Shown: positions 5,392 to 15,400 of the stretch, one piece after another
Position numbering within the stretch: position 1 is the first letter of the stretch
Layout: every line of letters begins with the position of its first letter
From: a virus
Taxonomy: Duplodnaviria; Caudoviricetes
IMG/VR virus record: IMGVR_UViG_3300020441_000016
Span: 1-29,841 of that record
DNA: 29,841 nt
Reading direction: 5' to 3' (one strand)
Program-made: the position numbers and the translations under genes
Notes under the pieces: generated by a model
The model's database searches: none
The model's input: only the letters and a program-made list of their open reading frames with translations
Told to the model about the DNA's origin: nothing

Positions 5392-7134
5392 TCAACGCCA
5401 GTTAGGAACATGGTTCCCGGTGTCATATCCTCTTGCTTCTCTACGCTGCTCTATATTCATGCCCAATACTAAGTGATTTGCACTCGATTGAGGGTCGTCT
5501 AGGAACGCTTCTAGTTGATCTAGGAACTCTTCGTTCTTTCTTTCCTTTATTTGTTCTAATGCACTAATATGTAGAGCATCTATAAAGTATTTTACGCCTT
5601 GTGCTAGACAATCTAATCTGTCATCGTGTTTTACTGCTCCTTTTTGCCGACACATACGGCTCATTTGGTAAAAGAGCATATATAAGAGCCTACTTTCAGG
5701 TGCACTGTCTTTGTTGGAGGCATAGTCCCAATCAATGACACTACGATCGACAACAAGACGGTGTTGATTAAGGATAGGCTCAAGACTGTCAATAATACGG
5801 TCTTCTTTTCGGACGTTAGCCCTAACTTCTTCAATACCAATATTTTGTTTGGTCTGAATAAGATGTTTTTTAAATAATTCACTTACGATTCCATCTCCAA
5901 AGTTTGTTTCGATAACCAAGCTTGATACATTGTACTTTTTACAGCCTCTAAGGATGTCGAGCAAGGTATTATCACTGTACCCGTCTCTGTAGGCTCGCAC
6001 TTCATGCAGATAGATGATTCCGTTGCGTTGGGATAGATAACAAGCCGCTGTTTCGTCTGTACCCCTTCCTGATGGGTCAACGCTACAAATGGTTTCGTCA
6101 TATTCTTCCCAATTCCCTTGCATTTGCATAGGTGAATAGAAATAGTCCCCCGGTAATCCAACTGAGGGTGCGTCTTTAATGACATTCTTTGGGTCTGAGC
6201 ACCATATGATGTTTTCGGGTGCAGTATCAGGATTAACGCTAGTGACAATGAGATCAGCCATCTTAAGTGGGAATTTTTCTGCATCTGATAAGCTTGTGTC
6301 TAATTGAAACTGAAGCATATAGTTAGATCGACCCATAGACGCTTCACGTTCAAGTAAATCGTCATTTGTAAACCGATCATCTGTAGGAGCCCATTCTTCG
6401 ACTCCATTATCTATATCTATCTGTAACTCAGGAGCTAGTAGTCCTTCGTATTGGGTAATGTTTTTACCTCTTGGGTATCTTGCCGGCCAAACCAAGGGAC
6501 GATACGAACGCTCTGCCAACTTACGATAAATAGTAAAAGTAGTCTGAGGAGTCCCGAGATACATAATACGGCTATCGCTTTTCGGGGTAAGGATACTTTC
6601 CGCTTCAGTACAGAGTTGTAAAAGTTTTTCACGCATCAACTCCGTCATACTGTTGCCCGGGACCTCTACGTCGTCTAAAATCATGAGGTCGGCTCGGGAA
6701 CCGGTCAGCTGACCAGTAATACCCACGCTTTTTACCGAAGGTGCTTGGTGAGGGGAACAGTTTACGTCGAAACTTATACGTGACCACCTCGAGTCGTCGG
6801 ATTTGGGTCTTAAAAAATTTAACCATGGTGTCTCTATAATTAGTTTTTGTAAGAATATAGACATGTTGTCTGCACGTTCTTTCGATGCAGATATAATCAT
6901 AATCTTACGTTCTGGGTCATTAAATAATGTCCACAGTACAAACGCTCCAGTAATCCAACTTTTTCCGACACCCCGGAACGCTTGTATTTGTAGTCTTTTT
7001 GGACCAGTCTGTAAGTAGTCTGCTATTGCATACTGTGCCCTAGTAGGCGGTGGAAGATGTAATTCATGCCATAACGCCTGCAAGAACAACTTAAAGTCTT
7101 GCTGTAATAGGGCTAGGGAATTTTTTTCGGTCAT
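5392..7134 (-). CDS. terL: Terminase large subunit (T7 gp19 / DNA maturase B)
   Basis: QAFRGVGKSWIT Walker A, GSRADLMILDDVE Walker B, VDPSGRGTDE and HDDRLD nuclease motifs. Confidence 0.98.
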   Translation of the reverse strand: MTEKNSLALLQQDFKLFLQALWHELHLPPPTRAQYAIADYLQTGPKRLQIQAFRGVGKSWITGAFVLWTLFNDPERKIMIISASKERADNMSIFLQKLIIETPWLNFLRPKSDDSRWSRISFDVNCSPHQAPSVKSVGITGQLTGSRADLMILDDVEVPGNSMTELMREKLLQLCTEAESILTPKSDSRIMYLGTPQTTFTIYRKLAERSYRPLVWPARYPRGKNITQYEGLLAPELQIDIDNGVEEWAPTDDRFTNDDLLEREASMGRSNYMLQFQLDTSLSDAEKFPLKMADLIVTSVNPDTAPENIIWCSDPKNVIKDAPSVGLPGDYFYSPMQMQGNWEEYDETICSVDPSGRGTDETAACYLSQRNGIIYLHEVRAYRDGYSDNTLLDILRGCKKYNVSSLVIETNFGDGIVSELFKKHLIQTKQNIGIEEVRANVRKEDRIIDSLEPILNQHRLVVDRSVIDWDYASNKDSAPESRLLYMLFYQMSRMCRQKGAVKHDDRLDCLAQGVKYFIDALHISALEQIKERKNEEFLDQLEAFLDDPQSSANHLVLGMNIEQRREARGYDTGNHVPNWR

Positions 7135-8997
7135 TTACTTCTTTGGTTTGCCATACTTGGGACCTCTATATTGTTCTGGTATTTGCATCTTAGGGTCTAT
7201 CTGACCTTCATCTACTCTACGTTTAACTCTCTTAGGTTTAGCTATTTTAATCTTTTGCTGTTGTATACGTAGTCCAGTTTTGTCACCAGATGTACTAAAC
7301 AATCTAAGCTGATCTCGTTGTTTTTCTAAGTCACTTAGTTGTTTTTTTAGATTCTTCATAGCCTGAGCATTAACCATAGGTGATTCACCAGACATCATAG
7401 ATGATATTCTAGTTGATATGTTTTCTATCTCTCTGTTAAGTGCTTCGTATGGATTCTGTGCCTTTTCAGCAAACTTACCGGCTTTTGCATCAGGTAATCT
7501 TTCTGCTGTCTCTCGTGTAATACCGTGCATTTCATCTAGATATCTACGTATATCTGGATTAATTTCTTCTATAGATAACGGGTTTTTCTTTGTTAACGCA
7601 CGATAAATAGATGCTTTTACTTGACTTTTATTAGTCATACCGGGTATAATACCAATTAATTTGTCATTATTAGCATCTCTTAAAGCCATATTATAAGACT
7701 TATCTCCGCTTTTTATATTCATATCTATATAGACATCTTTATATCTTTCGCTTCTATATAGTTGTGTTTCTATAGCAGTTTTGACTTTTGGAAAGATGTC
7801 ATCTTCAATAATAACTAAATTTTCTGGGTCTCTAGGCTTAAATGGTCTAGGTTTCTTCCAGAATGGAGACTTTGACGCATGTATGTGTTCAACATAAATA
7901 ATCTGATCTTCTGTACCACCTAAAATCTTTTGTGCTCTAATAGGGTCGTCATCTAATAATTTTCTTAAATGTGTTATTAGTGCTTCGTTCGCAGCTTGAG
8001 AATTTTTATATATTTCTCTAACAGCTTTGTTTTTACCACCAGTAGTTATATTCCATTTAGCTCGTTTAGCTTTAGCTCTTAACATAGCATCTATATCTCT
8101 AGGTACATAAGTTTGTTGCTTTTTAGACCAGTTAAAATATAACTCACCCGGGGTACCATCTGGTTTAACATACGGTAATCTACGCTTACCTTTATATTGG
8201 AATGTTGGTCTGCTAGTACTCCAGTTATTAATTTTACCTAGCAATCCTTGTTCATGAAACTTGTCAAGTTCATCTATAATCTGTTCTCCTAAAACTTTAG
8301 TATTGTTTGATAAATTAGCAAAAATACCTTCGTTACTATTTAGGATTGCTTTACCTTTTACTCCTCTTGTTAAAGGAAACATATTCGGAGTATTAGGATT
8401 TTGTTTGGGTTTCTTAGGACTTAAATACTGTCTTGTACCAGACTGCATCAACACTTCTTCTGGTGTCTGATCTTTTAGTTTACCCATCTTTTCTGCTACG
8501 TTCAGCTCTTCGGCTTCTAACTTTCGAGCAGCTTCTGCCATAGCATCATAGTCAGCGTCACCGGCAACTTTTGTTCCAATACCGGCTTCCTGTGCAGCTC
8601 CTATAAATCTTGTATCTGCACTTTTAGTTGCAAATTTACCTTTCTTTGCTTTTAAAAATGCTTTAATAGCTTTACCACCACCTTTAAGGATTCTACGTGG
8701 TATATAGCCTAAACCTAAAGTAATTAGGTCTAAACTATCAGGTATTAGCATTTCTCCGGCTAAGGCTGCAACCCAATGTTGTTCTGATAATCCAAACGTA
8801 GCTGCTTTGATAGCATCTTGTCTAGCATCATGTATACCAAAGAACTTATCCATCTTTTCTGGTACAGCTAGAGCTCGTTGTAAAAAGTTAGGTGTTTCTT
8901 TCTGATACTCTGCCTCTTGGTCAAACTCACTACGCAAAGAATTATCAGATTTTATATTAGTAGTAAAATGATAATCTACTTCATTCTCCTCGTTCAT
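7135..8997 (-). CDS. Large unknown protein (~620 aa) with a hydrophobic Gly-rich N-terminal segment and a degenerate HNH-like motif
   Basis: Long ORF (track starts at 9054; the ATG at 8997 has GAGGG upstream); YVEHIHA...DPENL motif. Confidence 0.75.
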   Translation of the reverse strand: MNEENEVDYHFTTNIKSDNSLRSEFDQEAEYQKETPNFLQRALAVPEKMDKFFGIHDARQDAIKAATFGLSEQHWVAALAGEMLIPDSLDLITLGLGYIPRRILKGGGKAIKAFLKAKKGKFATKSADTRFIGAAQEAGIGTKVAGDADYDAMAEAARKLEAEELNVAEKMGKLKDQTPEEVLMQSGTRQYLSPKKPKQNPNTPNMFPLTRGVKGKAILNSNEGIFANLSNNTKVLGEQIIDELDKFHEQGLLGKINNWSTSRPTFQYKGKRRLPYVKPDGTPGELYFNWSKKQQTYVPRDIDAMLRAKAKRAKWNITTGGKNKAVREIYKNSQAANEALITHLRKLLDDDPIRAQKILGGTEDQIIYVEHIHASKSPFWKKPRPFKPRDPENLVIIEDDIFPKVKTAIETQLYRSERYKDVYIDMNIKSGDKSYNMALRDANNDKLIGIIPGMTNKSQVKASIYRALTKKNPLSIEEINPDIRRYLDEMHGITRETAERLPDAKAGKFAEKAQNPYEALNREIENISTRISSMMSGESPMVNAQAMKNLKKQLSDLEKQRDQLRLFSTSGDKTGLRIQQQKIKIAKPKRVKRRVDEGQIDPKMQIPEQYRGPKYGKPKK

Positions 8998-9370
8998 ATC
9001 TGCCCTCGAATTGTTTGCGTCGTTTATACTCGTAGACTGAGCACGGATAACCATACTCAGCTTCGCAGTCAGGATGTATCGTTCGTTTATCTTGATACTC
9101 TTGCCCGTATGCTTTCTGTTTTTCTAAGTCTAACTTTAAGTCCTTATCTCCAGATTTACCAATGCTTGTCATAATGTCGACAATCTTTTTGGTGCCTTCA
9201 AAAACTTCATCAGCTAACGTGAAATGTTTTAGATACGGCCAGTGTTTCTTTATACTTTTTTTAATACTGTCAGAAACTGGATTGACTACTTTGCCCTCTT
9301 CGTTAATGTACACAGTACCTTCGCCGTCTGGGTTAGGATAGAACCCTGCTTTCTTTTGTTCTTTACTCAT
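8981..9370 (-). CDS. Hypothetical protein, 129 aa
   Basis: ORF track; ATGA overlap with the HNH gene. Confidence 0.75.
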   Translation of the reverse strand: MSKEQKKAGFYPNPDGEGTVYINEEGKVVNPVSDSIKKSIKKHWPYLKHFTLADEVFEGTKKIVDIMTSIGKSGDKDLKLDLEKQKAYGQEYQDKRTIHPDCEAEYGYPCSVYEYKRRKQFEGRYERGE

Positions 9371-9693
9371 CTAATATGTGATAGAATAGTTTGTTCTCTA
9401 TCTGTGATACCGAATGTCGACCTCATCCAGTCTCTCCAGTTTTTACTTCCTTTTGCCTGATTGCATCGCCTACACGATGGGACAACATTTGTCGCCACAT
9501 CTTCCCCGCCCTTACATTTTGGGCGTACGTGGTCAATGGTGAGTTTTTGTAATTCATAAATTCCTCCGCAATAAACACATGTACAGTTGAAGTGCTCTTT
9601 GATGGCTCTTCTCCAGAGCCGTTTAGAATCTGAACTTGTCATGGTTATTAAATTTTGTAGATAATGGTCAGGTTTAGGTAGTAATGGGGTCAT
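9367..9693 (-). CDS. HNH endonuclease
   Basis: CVYCG...LTIDHVRPKCKGG...NVVPSCRRCNQAKG. Confidence 0.93.
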   Translation of the reverse strand: MTPLLPKPDHYLQNLITMTSSDSKRLWRRAIKEHFNCTCVYCGGIYELQKLTIDHVRPKCKGGEDVATNVVPSCRRCNQAKGSKNWRDWMRSTFGITDREQTILSHIR

Positions 9694-9941
9694 TTTTTAA
9701 TTTTGAGTCTGCTACGTCGATTTTTTGATGGCTTTTGTAATCTGCCACGGGTTTTACTACCCTTATAATGGGCGGCATCCAACCCGTCACGGTTGCCATA
9801 TGTTCCAAGTTTGCGATTAAGTTTGTTTGCATTGACTCTAATTTCTAGACCTTTTTTGGTTTTGTTGTATCTCCGTTGCTGTTTGCGACGTCTAGCCGCT
9901 GCCTTCGGATTCTTTTTGTAGTATTCAGAAGTTTTTGCCAT
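9690..9941 (-). CDS. Very basic small protein with a reduced HNH-like motif, conserved next to the small terminase
   Basis: GNRDGLDAAH...SKNRR pattern. Confidence 0.7.
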   Translation of the reverse strand: MAKTSEYYKKNPKAAARRRKQQRRYNKTKKGLEIRVNANKLNRKLGTYGNRDGLDAAHYKGSKTRGRLQKPSKNRRSRLKIKK

Positions 9942-10188
9942 ACACTTTCCTCTGTACGAGTGTTGGGTCGACAGTTGGTAGAAGTTTATTAAGCTTGTCT
10001 AAAGGACTACCTTCGTAGGCAACACCAGTAATGTCGTTTGTCTTTAGCCAATCGCAAGCTGCTTTTAAATCTTGTGTTGTAGCTTCTCCACTCTTTATTC
10101 TATGCAAGAAGTCTTCTGTAACAAGGTAGTGTAGCTCATTAAAACTTTCTTCTGTTGCTTTCCTAGGTAGTTTCTTTAGTTCATCCAT
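9925..10188 (-). CDS. Terminase small subunit (T7 gp18 / DNA maturase A)
   Basis: ATEESFNELH...RIKSGEATTQDLKAACDWLKTNDITG; position upstream of terL. Confidence 0.88.
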   Translation of the reverse strand: MDELKKLPRKATEESFNELHYLVTEDFLHRIKSGEATTQDLKAACDWLKTNDITGVAYEGSPLDKLNKLLPTVDPTLVQRKVYGKNF

Positions 10189-10409
10189 TATGCTTTGCCT
10201 TTTTTGTTTTTAAAGTGTTTCCTAATTAGATCAGCGTCTTTATCAGTATAAGGGTCATTAGGGTCTTCATTAGGAGTTCCCGCTTTATACTGTCTCTTAG
10301 ATGCGTCTCTTACGTCTTTAGGTACTCCAAAAAAGTTAGCACTAGCTATGTTAATGTTACCTGTTGGACTTGTTTTCTTAGCACCTTTAGATGCTCCTGA
10401 TTTTGCCAT
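10188..10409 (-). CDS. Hypothetical basic protein, 73 aa
   Basis: ORF track; TAATG coupling on both sides. Confidence 0.75.
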   Translation of the reverse strand: MAKSGASKGAKKTSPTGNINIASANFFGVPKDVRDASKRQYKAGTPNEDPNDPYTDKDADLIRKHFKNKKGKA

Positions 10410-10567
10410 TAGACTGGTAATAAGTTTTTCTTGACTAGCTCGACTAGCTTGTCATCTACAGTGTTATCTGTATTTTTTGCATAAGCTTCTAGTAGTTTTA
10501 CTACAAGCTCTTTTACTGCATTAGTTTTTAGAAATGCAAATATTATAGGTTTAATTACTGTAATCAT
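10409..10567 (-). CDS. Conserved small cyanophage protein, 52 aa (MITVIKPIIFAFL...TDNTVDDKLV)
   Basis: Manual translation; coupled on both sides; amphipathic N-terminus and TDNxxDD motif. Confidence 0.8.
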   Translation of the reverse strand: MITVIKPIIFAFLKTNAVKELVVKLLEAYAKNTDNTVDDKLVELVKKNLLPV

Positions 10568-10689
10568 GATTCCTCGGTGGTTTCTTTTTTAATATACTGC
10601 CCTTTAGAATTGCGTTTTGCTTTTCTTTTAGCAGCTTTTTCAGCTTTAGCTTTTGCTTCCGCTTCCCATTTTAGTGTTAGTGAACTCAT
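10564..10689 (-). CDS. Small Lys/Ala-rich protein, 41 aa (MSSLTLKWEAEAKAK...RNSKGQY)
   Basis: Manual translation; ATGA overlaps on both sides. Confidence 0.7.
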   Translation of the reverse strand: MSSLTLKWEAEAKAKAEKAAKRKAKRNSKGQYIKKETTEES

Positions 10690-11288
10690 TTTTGCCAAAA
10701 TTTCTTTTTCTTAGGGGGTTGTAAAGATGATATAGGTACTATGTCCTGACAAACTTTAGCCATTTTAGTCCCGGGTCTGTATGTAAAACCCTTACGTTGC
10801 AAATCTGCACACTTGCCTGCTCTTGTAATCTCATACTCAAGCTTCATAGTTTCGTGTCGTAGCTTTGCCATCTCTTTACATTGTTTATAGCCTGACTTAT
10901 CTAGTGGAACCATAAAGTTAATCTGGAATCCCCAGTTCTCGGCTAGTGTGTAACTGGTTGGCTGCATAAATTCGTCGAGTGGTTTAGTATGATTGCCCAT
11001 ATAAAAAGGTTGGAATGTCATTGTACTGCCATTACAACTTATATTAGGACCATAATACTGTCTACTCTGTGCTCCATTGTTTTGAAACTGTACAGCTTGG
11101 TTAGTTACATTACCGGTAGCTGCCGCTACAGGGTTACTATTGTTATTAGTCTCTCCTTCTGCAAGTACAGGTGTACCTATTGAGAGAAGATAGAGTAAGA
11201 CGAAGTAACTGCGTCTGTTGTGATAGTTCTGTCGATGTTTATTGTTTCGATCGTGCCTGCGGCTCTTTCTGTGATCTGTAAATCCCAG
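10686..11288 (-). CDS. Conserved secreted Cys-containing protein; start uncertain (CTG at 11288 or ATG at 11531)
   Basis: Signal-peptide-like RRSYFVLLYLLSIGTPVLA/EG, then PVAAATGNVTNQAVQFQN and CNGSTMTFQPFY; 5' end overlaps the upstream gene. Confidence 0.7.
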   Translation of the reverse strand: MGFTDHRKSRRHDRNNKHRQNYHNRRSYFVLLYLLSIGTPVLAEGETNNNSNPVAAATGNVTNQAVQFQNNGAQSRQYYGPNISCNGSTMTFQPFYMGNHTKPLDEFMQPTSYTLAENWGFQINFMVPLDKSGYKQCKEMAKLRHETMKLEYEITRAGKCADLQRKGFTYRPGTKMAKVCQDIVPISSLQPPKKKKFWQK

Positions 11289-11539
11289 TCTGCTGCATTG
11301 TTTGTTGGTGCATAGACTGTACCTGTACCGCCTATACCATTGTCTCCAGTCACAGTGATGTTTGTACCACTGTAAGAGGTTGAGGCTGACCCTTGAATAT
11401 CGTGAACTATTGTCTCTGTTATTACTTGGTTTGTTGTTGTCGTTGACTGCATCGACCCTGTTGTAAACTGAGGCGTGACAGTGTTTGCTCTTGCTATTGC
11501 GGGTGACAACAATGCTAAGAGAAGAATCCATTTTTTCAT
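11177..11539 (-). CDS. Conserved secreted Thr-rich protein
   Basis: MKKWILLLALLSPAIARA signal peptide; TPQFTTGSM motif; C-terminal SIFSQ. Confidence 0.85.
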   Translation of the reverse strand: MKKWILLLALLSPAIARANTVTPQFTTGSMQSTTTTNQVITETIVHDIQGSASTSYSGTNITVTGDNGIGGTGTVYAPTNNAADWDLQITERAAGTIETINIDRTITTDAVTSSYSIFSQ

Positions 11540-11832
11540 TTCTTTAGTGTAGTATCCTTCTTGTCTCCGTTCTTCTTACCATTTCCCGTAGATAGCCCAA
11601 AAGTGGCTAGTGCTCCTGTAAAAATCGAAGCGACGAACGTGATATCGCCTGCCGTAGCTGACTTCTTAACCATAGGCAGCTCAACATAGCTTAATGTAAT
11701 AATAAACCCTGACCAGATTACAACGCCTAGACGCACTGCTGCACCTAGTACTGCCATCTGTTCTTCGTGGTCATCTACATTTTCTTTGAGCTTTGTAAGG
11801 AGTCCTTTCTTTTCTGGCGGTTTTGTTTCCAT
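11536..11832 (-). CDS. Two-TM membrane protein (holin candidate)
   Basis: Two hydrophobic helices (VRLGVVIWSGFIITL; DITFVASIFTGALATFG) and a charged C-terminus. Confidence 0.7.
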   Translation of the reverse strand: METKPPEKKGLLTKLKENVDDHEEQMAVLGAAVRLGVVIWSGFIITLSYVELPMVKKSATAGDITFVASIFTGALATFGLSTGNGKKNGDKKDTTLKK

Positions 11833-12179
11833 TTGTTTATCTTACCTTGTAAGAACTTCTGTAATCTCTTTTTAATTTGTTCTATAACGGGCTGTGCAAC
11901 AGTTGTAGCCGCTACTGCTGTAACAGCTGCCACAGTTGTAGTAACTAATACTTCAGCCGGTGGTATAGGTATAGGTGGTAAGGGTGGTAAAGTTAGCGTA
12001 GGTGCAGGCGGTGTCTCTGTTTGTACAGGTTGTGTATCCTCCGGTTCTTTAAGATCACTCGGAGGTACAACCATAGGTTTATAAAAAGGCACGTCTGCAC
12101 TTGGCAAAGGTATCTCTATCGTTTTTATCGGTTCGTGATCTGGTATCTCTACAAACGGTATTACGATGGGATTAGCCAT
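11775..12179 (-). CDS. Pro-rich single-TM conserved cyanophage protein
   Basis: Pro-rich N-terminus, TTTVAAVTAVAATTVA segment, basic C-terminus. Confidence 0.75.
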   Translation of the reverse strand: MANPIVIPFVEIPDHEPIKTIEIPLPSADVPFYKPMVVPPSDLKEPEDTQPVQTETPPAPTLTLPPLPPIPIPPAEVLVTTTVAAVTAVAATTVAQPVIEQIKKRLQKFLQGKINKWKQNRQKRKDSLQSSKKM

Positions 12180-12430
12180 TTAGTTTTTAGTGCTGCTATT
12201 GTGTCAGCATCTGTAATTTTAGTTAGTGTAACAGTTGTGTTAGTCACTAAAGCAGGGTCAAACCCCGCTTCAGTTACAACTGTGTTACCTAATCTAGTCC
12301 ATCTTTTATTGGCTGTGCCATTTAGTCCGACACCCCAATCTTCTGCTTTACCAGTTTCAGCATATGTGTAATATTCTGCTATGGTAAATGGTCCCTCTCC
12401 GGGATGTACATGTGTTTTTGGTGTTGCCAT
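12161..12430 (-). CDS. Hypothetical protein, 89 aa (possible fibre accessory)
   Basis: GGAGG RBS; TAATG coupling to the fibre gene. Confidence 0.7.
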   Translation of the reverse strand: MATPKTHVHPGEGPFTIAEYYTYAETGKAEDWGVGLNGTANKRWTRLGNTVVTEAGFDPALVTNTTVTLTKITDADTIAALKTKWLIPS

Positions 12431-15400
12431 TAAGTGTTACCTCCTAAGTTCCATTGATATCTCCAGAATCCGTGATAGCCACCGTAGTAGAATCCGTTTT
12501 GACTCCAACTAGAGTCTCCACCTACGTAAAGCACACCGGCATCTGTTAGTACATGCCATGCGTTTTCACTATTTGTAGGTCCAACATGACAATAATCTAC
12601 TACTTTACCGGGGAACTGATTTACAGGATAGAAAGAATCAGAGTAAACTTGGTCAGTGCTATTATCAGCGGGACCTGATCTCATGTTTGATTCGTTATCT
12701 AGTTCAGTATTAGGGAACATTTGATAATTCCAGTATCCGGCAGCAAATAGCTGTCCGTATTCGTCAATAAGTACTACACGGTTAGCGTTTTCACCACTAT
12801 ATCCTTTTGGCATTATCTTAACAATCTTACCAATAACCATTTTACCGGCATTAGAACCACCAGTTTGGAATGAATCCCAGTTACCAAATGATTCGTTAAC
12901 TATATTCTGGTTAGATTGATCGTTCCAATCTTGACCTAAGTCACGGAATTGTAGTTCTTTACCAAACCAGTTGTTTATACCTGTACCTTGTGTAGAACTA
13001 CTTACATTAGATGATGTACTTGTAGCAGTACCCTGTTGAGCATAAGCATTATCGCCAGTAGCGTATAGCTTTTGTGTTGCTCCTGTTGTACCACCATCAG
13101 TAATTATATAAAGTGTAGAGTATCTATTGTTATTTGTAACAAAGTAGACAACTTTTTGATCGTTACTATTCCACAGCGTAGAACTATTAGTCAATAGCTG
13201 AGGCATAGTTTGAGAAGTTGTATTACTAGAGTCATAATATCCAGTACTATAACCGTAGTTTTCTAGATATCCAAAGAAATATAGCTTACCTTCGTCAGTT
13301 AATACCCAACATTTACCCTGATCGTCGTCATCTTGGTTAGCTTGTAAGTGTACAACCTTTTTACCTAGTAACTGTGAACCGGCTACGTTAGTTATTTCCT
13401 GTGGTGTTGTTTGGTCAGTAGTATTACCTAAACCAAGTTGTCCGTAGTTATTTCTACCCCAACCCCATAACTTACCTGTGCTATCTATAGCGTAAGTTGA
13501 TGTATAATAGTATCCACTTGTATGAACGTAGATAATATCAGCATTATTAAAGCTAGCCTTTGGTATTCTCTTAAAGTAATAGTTACTACTTGTGGTATTA
13601 TTACCCAACTGACCGTATCCGTTGTAACCCATAGTATATAGGAAACCGTCGGTATCTATCATGTATTGAGAATAATAACTCTGTGCACCATGGTCACCAG
13701 TATGAGCATTACTTGTTTCCATCTGTTTGATCTTAGGATAATTACTTCCTGTCAATCTTGTACCAGATTCATCGTGAAATACACATGCGTATTCCTGATG
13801 TGCGTCTCTAGTTACACCATTACCGAAAGAACCATACCCACCATAACCTGCAAAGGTTACAATACCATTTTCATATAAATGATATGCGTAATAAGAACCT
13901 TTATGTACCTGTTTCAATCTTGGTTTTGTTACCTGTGGTTCACCCGCAGCATTTAAGTAACCTAAATCGTTACCGTCGACACCTGTTAAGAAGTGTGCAT
14001 AATCACTATTCCCTGCTAAAGCTTCAAACCATATCTTAGGAGTTCTCCAGTTAGAACCCCAAGGACGATAGTCAGCTGTGTTAATGGCAGAAGTACCCGC
14101 ACCAACTCCACCACCATAGTAGTAGCCATTGGAACCGTTGTGTAGCATATTACCCCACATTGTATACCTAGTTCTGGTAATAATTCCACCTTGTCTATAT
14201 CCTACGGATGTAGTACCATATCTGAATCCTCTACCAGAATTTTTAAGATATCCGGGTAATGGTAAGATACTTTCTGTATAGTTATTGATATCGTGGTTAG
14301 CAAATACGTTATATGATGGGTCGTTGTAAGCTGTATCACTTAAATCTCTAGGTTCATCTTGTTTTCTACTCTGTGCACCAGACCACTTAGGTTTGAAGAA
14401 CATGCTGTTAAGAGTTATATTAATCTCGTCAGCAGATAAACCTTCGTCTCTAATTATAGCATGAGGAGTAGCGTCAGATGGTACGAAAGATATAGAACCA
14501 CCGGCTACAAAGTCAGGTGTTACACCCGCAGTTATACGTCCGTTAGTACCGGCTTTACTATGGTTTGCCTGATCTTTAATAGAGTAGGTCATACCTGTAG
14601 CAGTTGGGAACGTAAAGGTATAATGATTACCTCTAGTTAAGTCAATAGTAGGATGTGAGTCACTATGTAGTAGTCTACCAACTATCTTTGTAGATGATGT
14701 CCATGTTATAGCTGCACCCATACCACTATGCTGTGTACAGTAATATTCATATACTAACTGACCTAAGTGTGGTACTACCCAAGTAACAGTTGCTCCGGCT
14801 TGACCCGGTGTACCTGATCTTGTAACTCCATTTGCTACAGCACCTGTTTCAAAGTCAAATGTAGGGCTAGTAGCAGCTGATCTTGCGTTAAATGCTAAAA
14901 CGTGAGTTGCATTAGTTGCATCACTAACGTCAAATGTATATGTACTTCCAGTCTTTAGTGTAAGTGCTAATTGACTTGTTCCATTAATTACAAACTTACC
15001 GCCTGCTACAGTTACAGTATATGTAACACTTTCAGGTGTAGGATGATCGCTGTTAAATAGATAAGCTGACTTACCATCAGTAGCCGGTGTTGCTCCGGGT
15101 AGCTGTACCTGTTCATAAACAGCTGTTGTACCCGCAACGAATGACTCTTTAGGGTCGTTTTCTACAATCAGACTTGAACCTAATGTACCAATATTTAGAG
15201 CTAGGTTAGAGCCTGCATTACCTCTGTATTCTAGGTCTCCGGGTGCCGCATATGTACCCGCTGTACCTGTTGAAAGAACTTTCCAATGGTTTGTGGAAGC
15301 TGTTGTTCCGGGTGTATAGTTTGTACCTGATAATGGACTAACGCTGTCAGAATCCATTATATAGGCAGTACTATTATAAAGAACTACGTCACCTCTATAA

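Noticed and set aside
5661-6826. Alternative-frame ORFs nested in terL (analogy with T7 19.2/19.3)
   Set aside because: No RBS or motif support visible; likely by-products of codon bias
7135-10409. Shared [LI]-[KRN]-[IL] tripeptide (RLKIK, KIKIA, DLKLD, NINIA) as a packaging tag
   Set aside because: Too short and common in Lys/Ile-rich proteins to support without alignments
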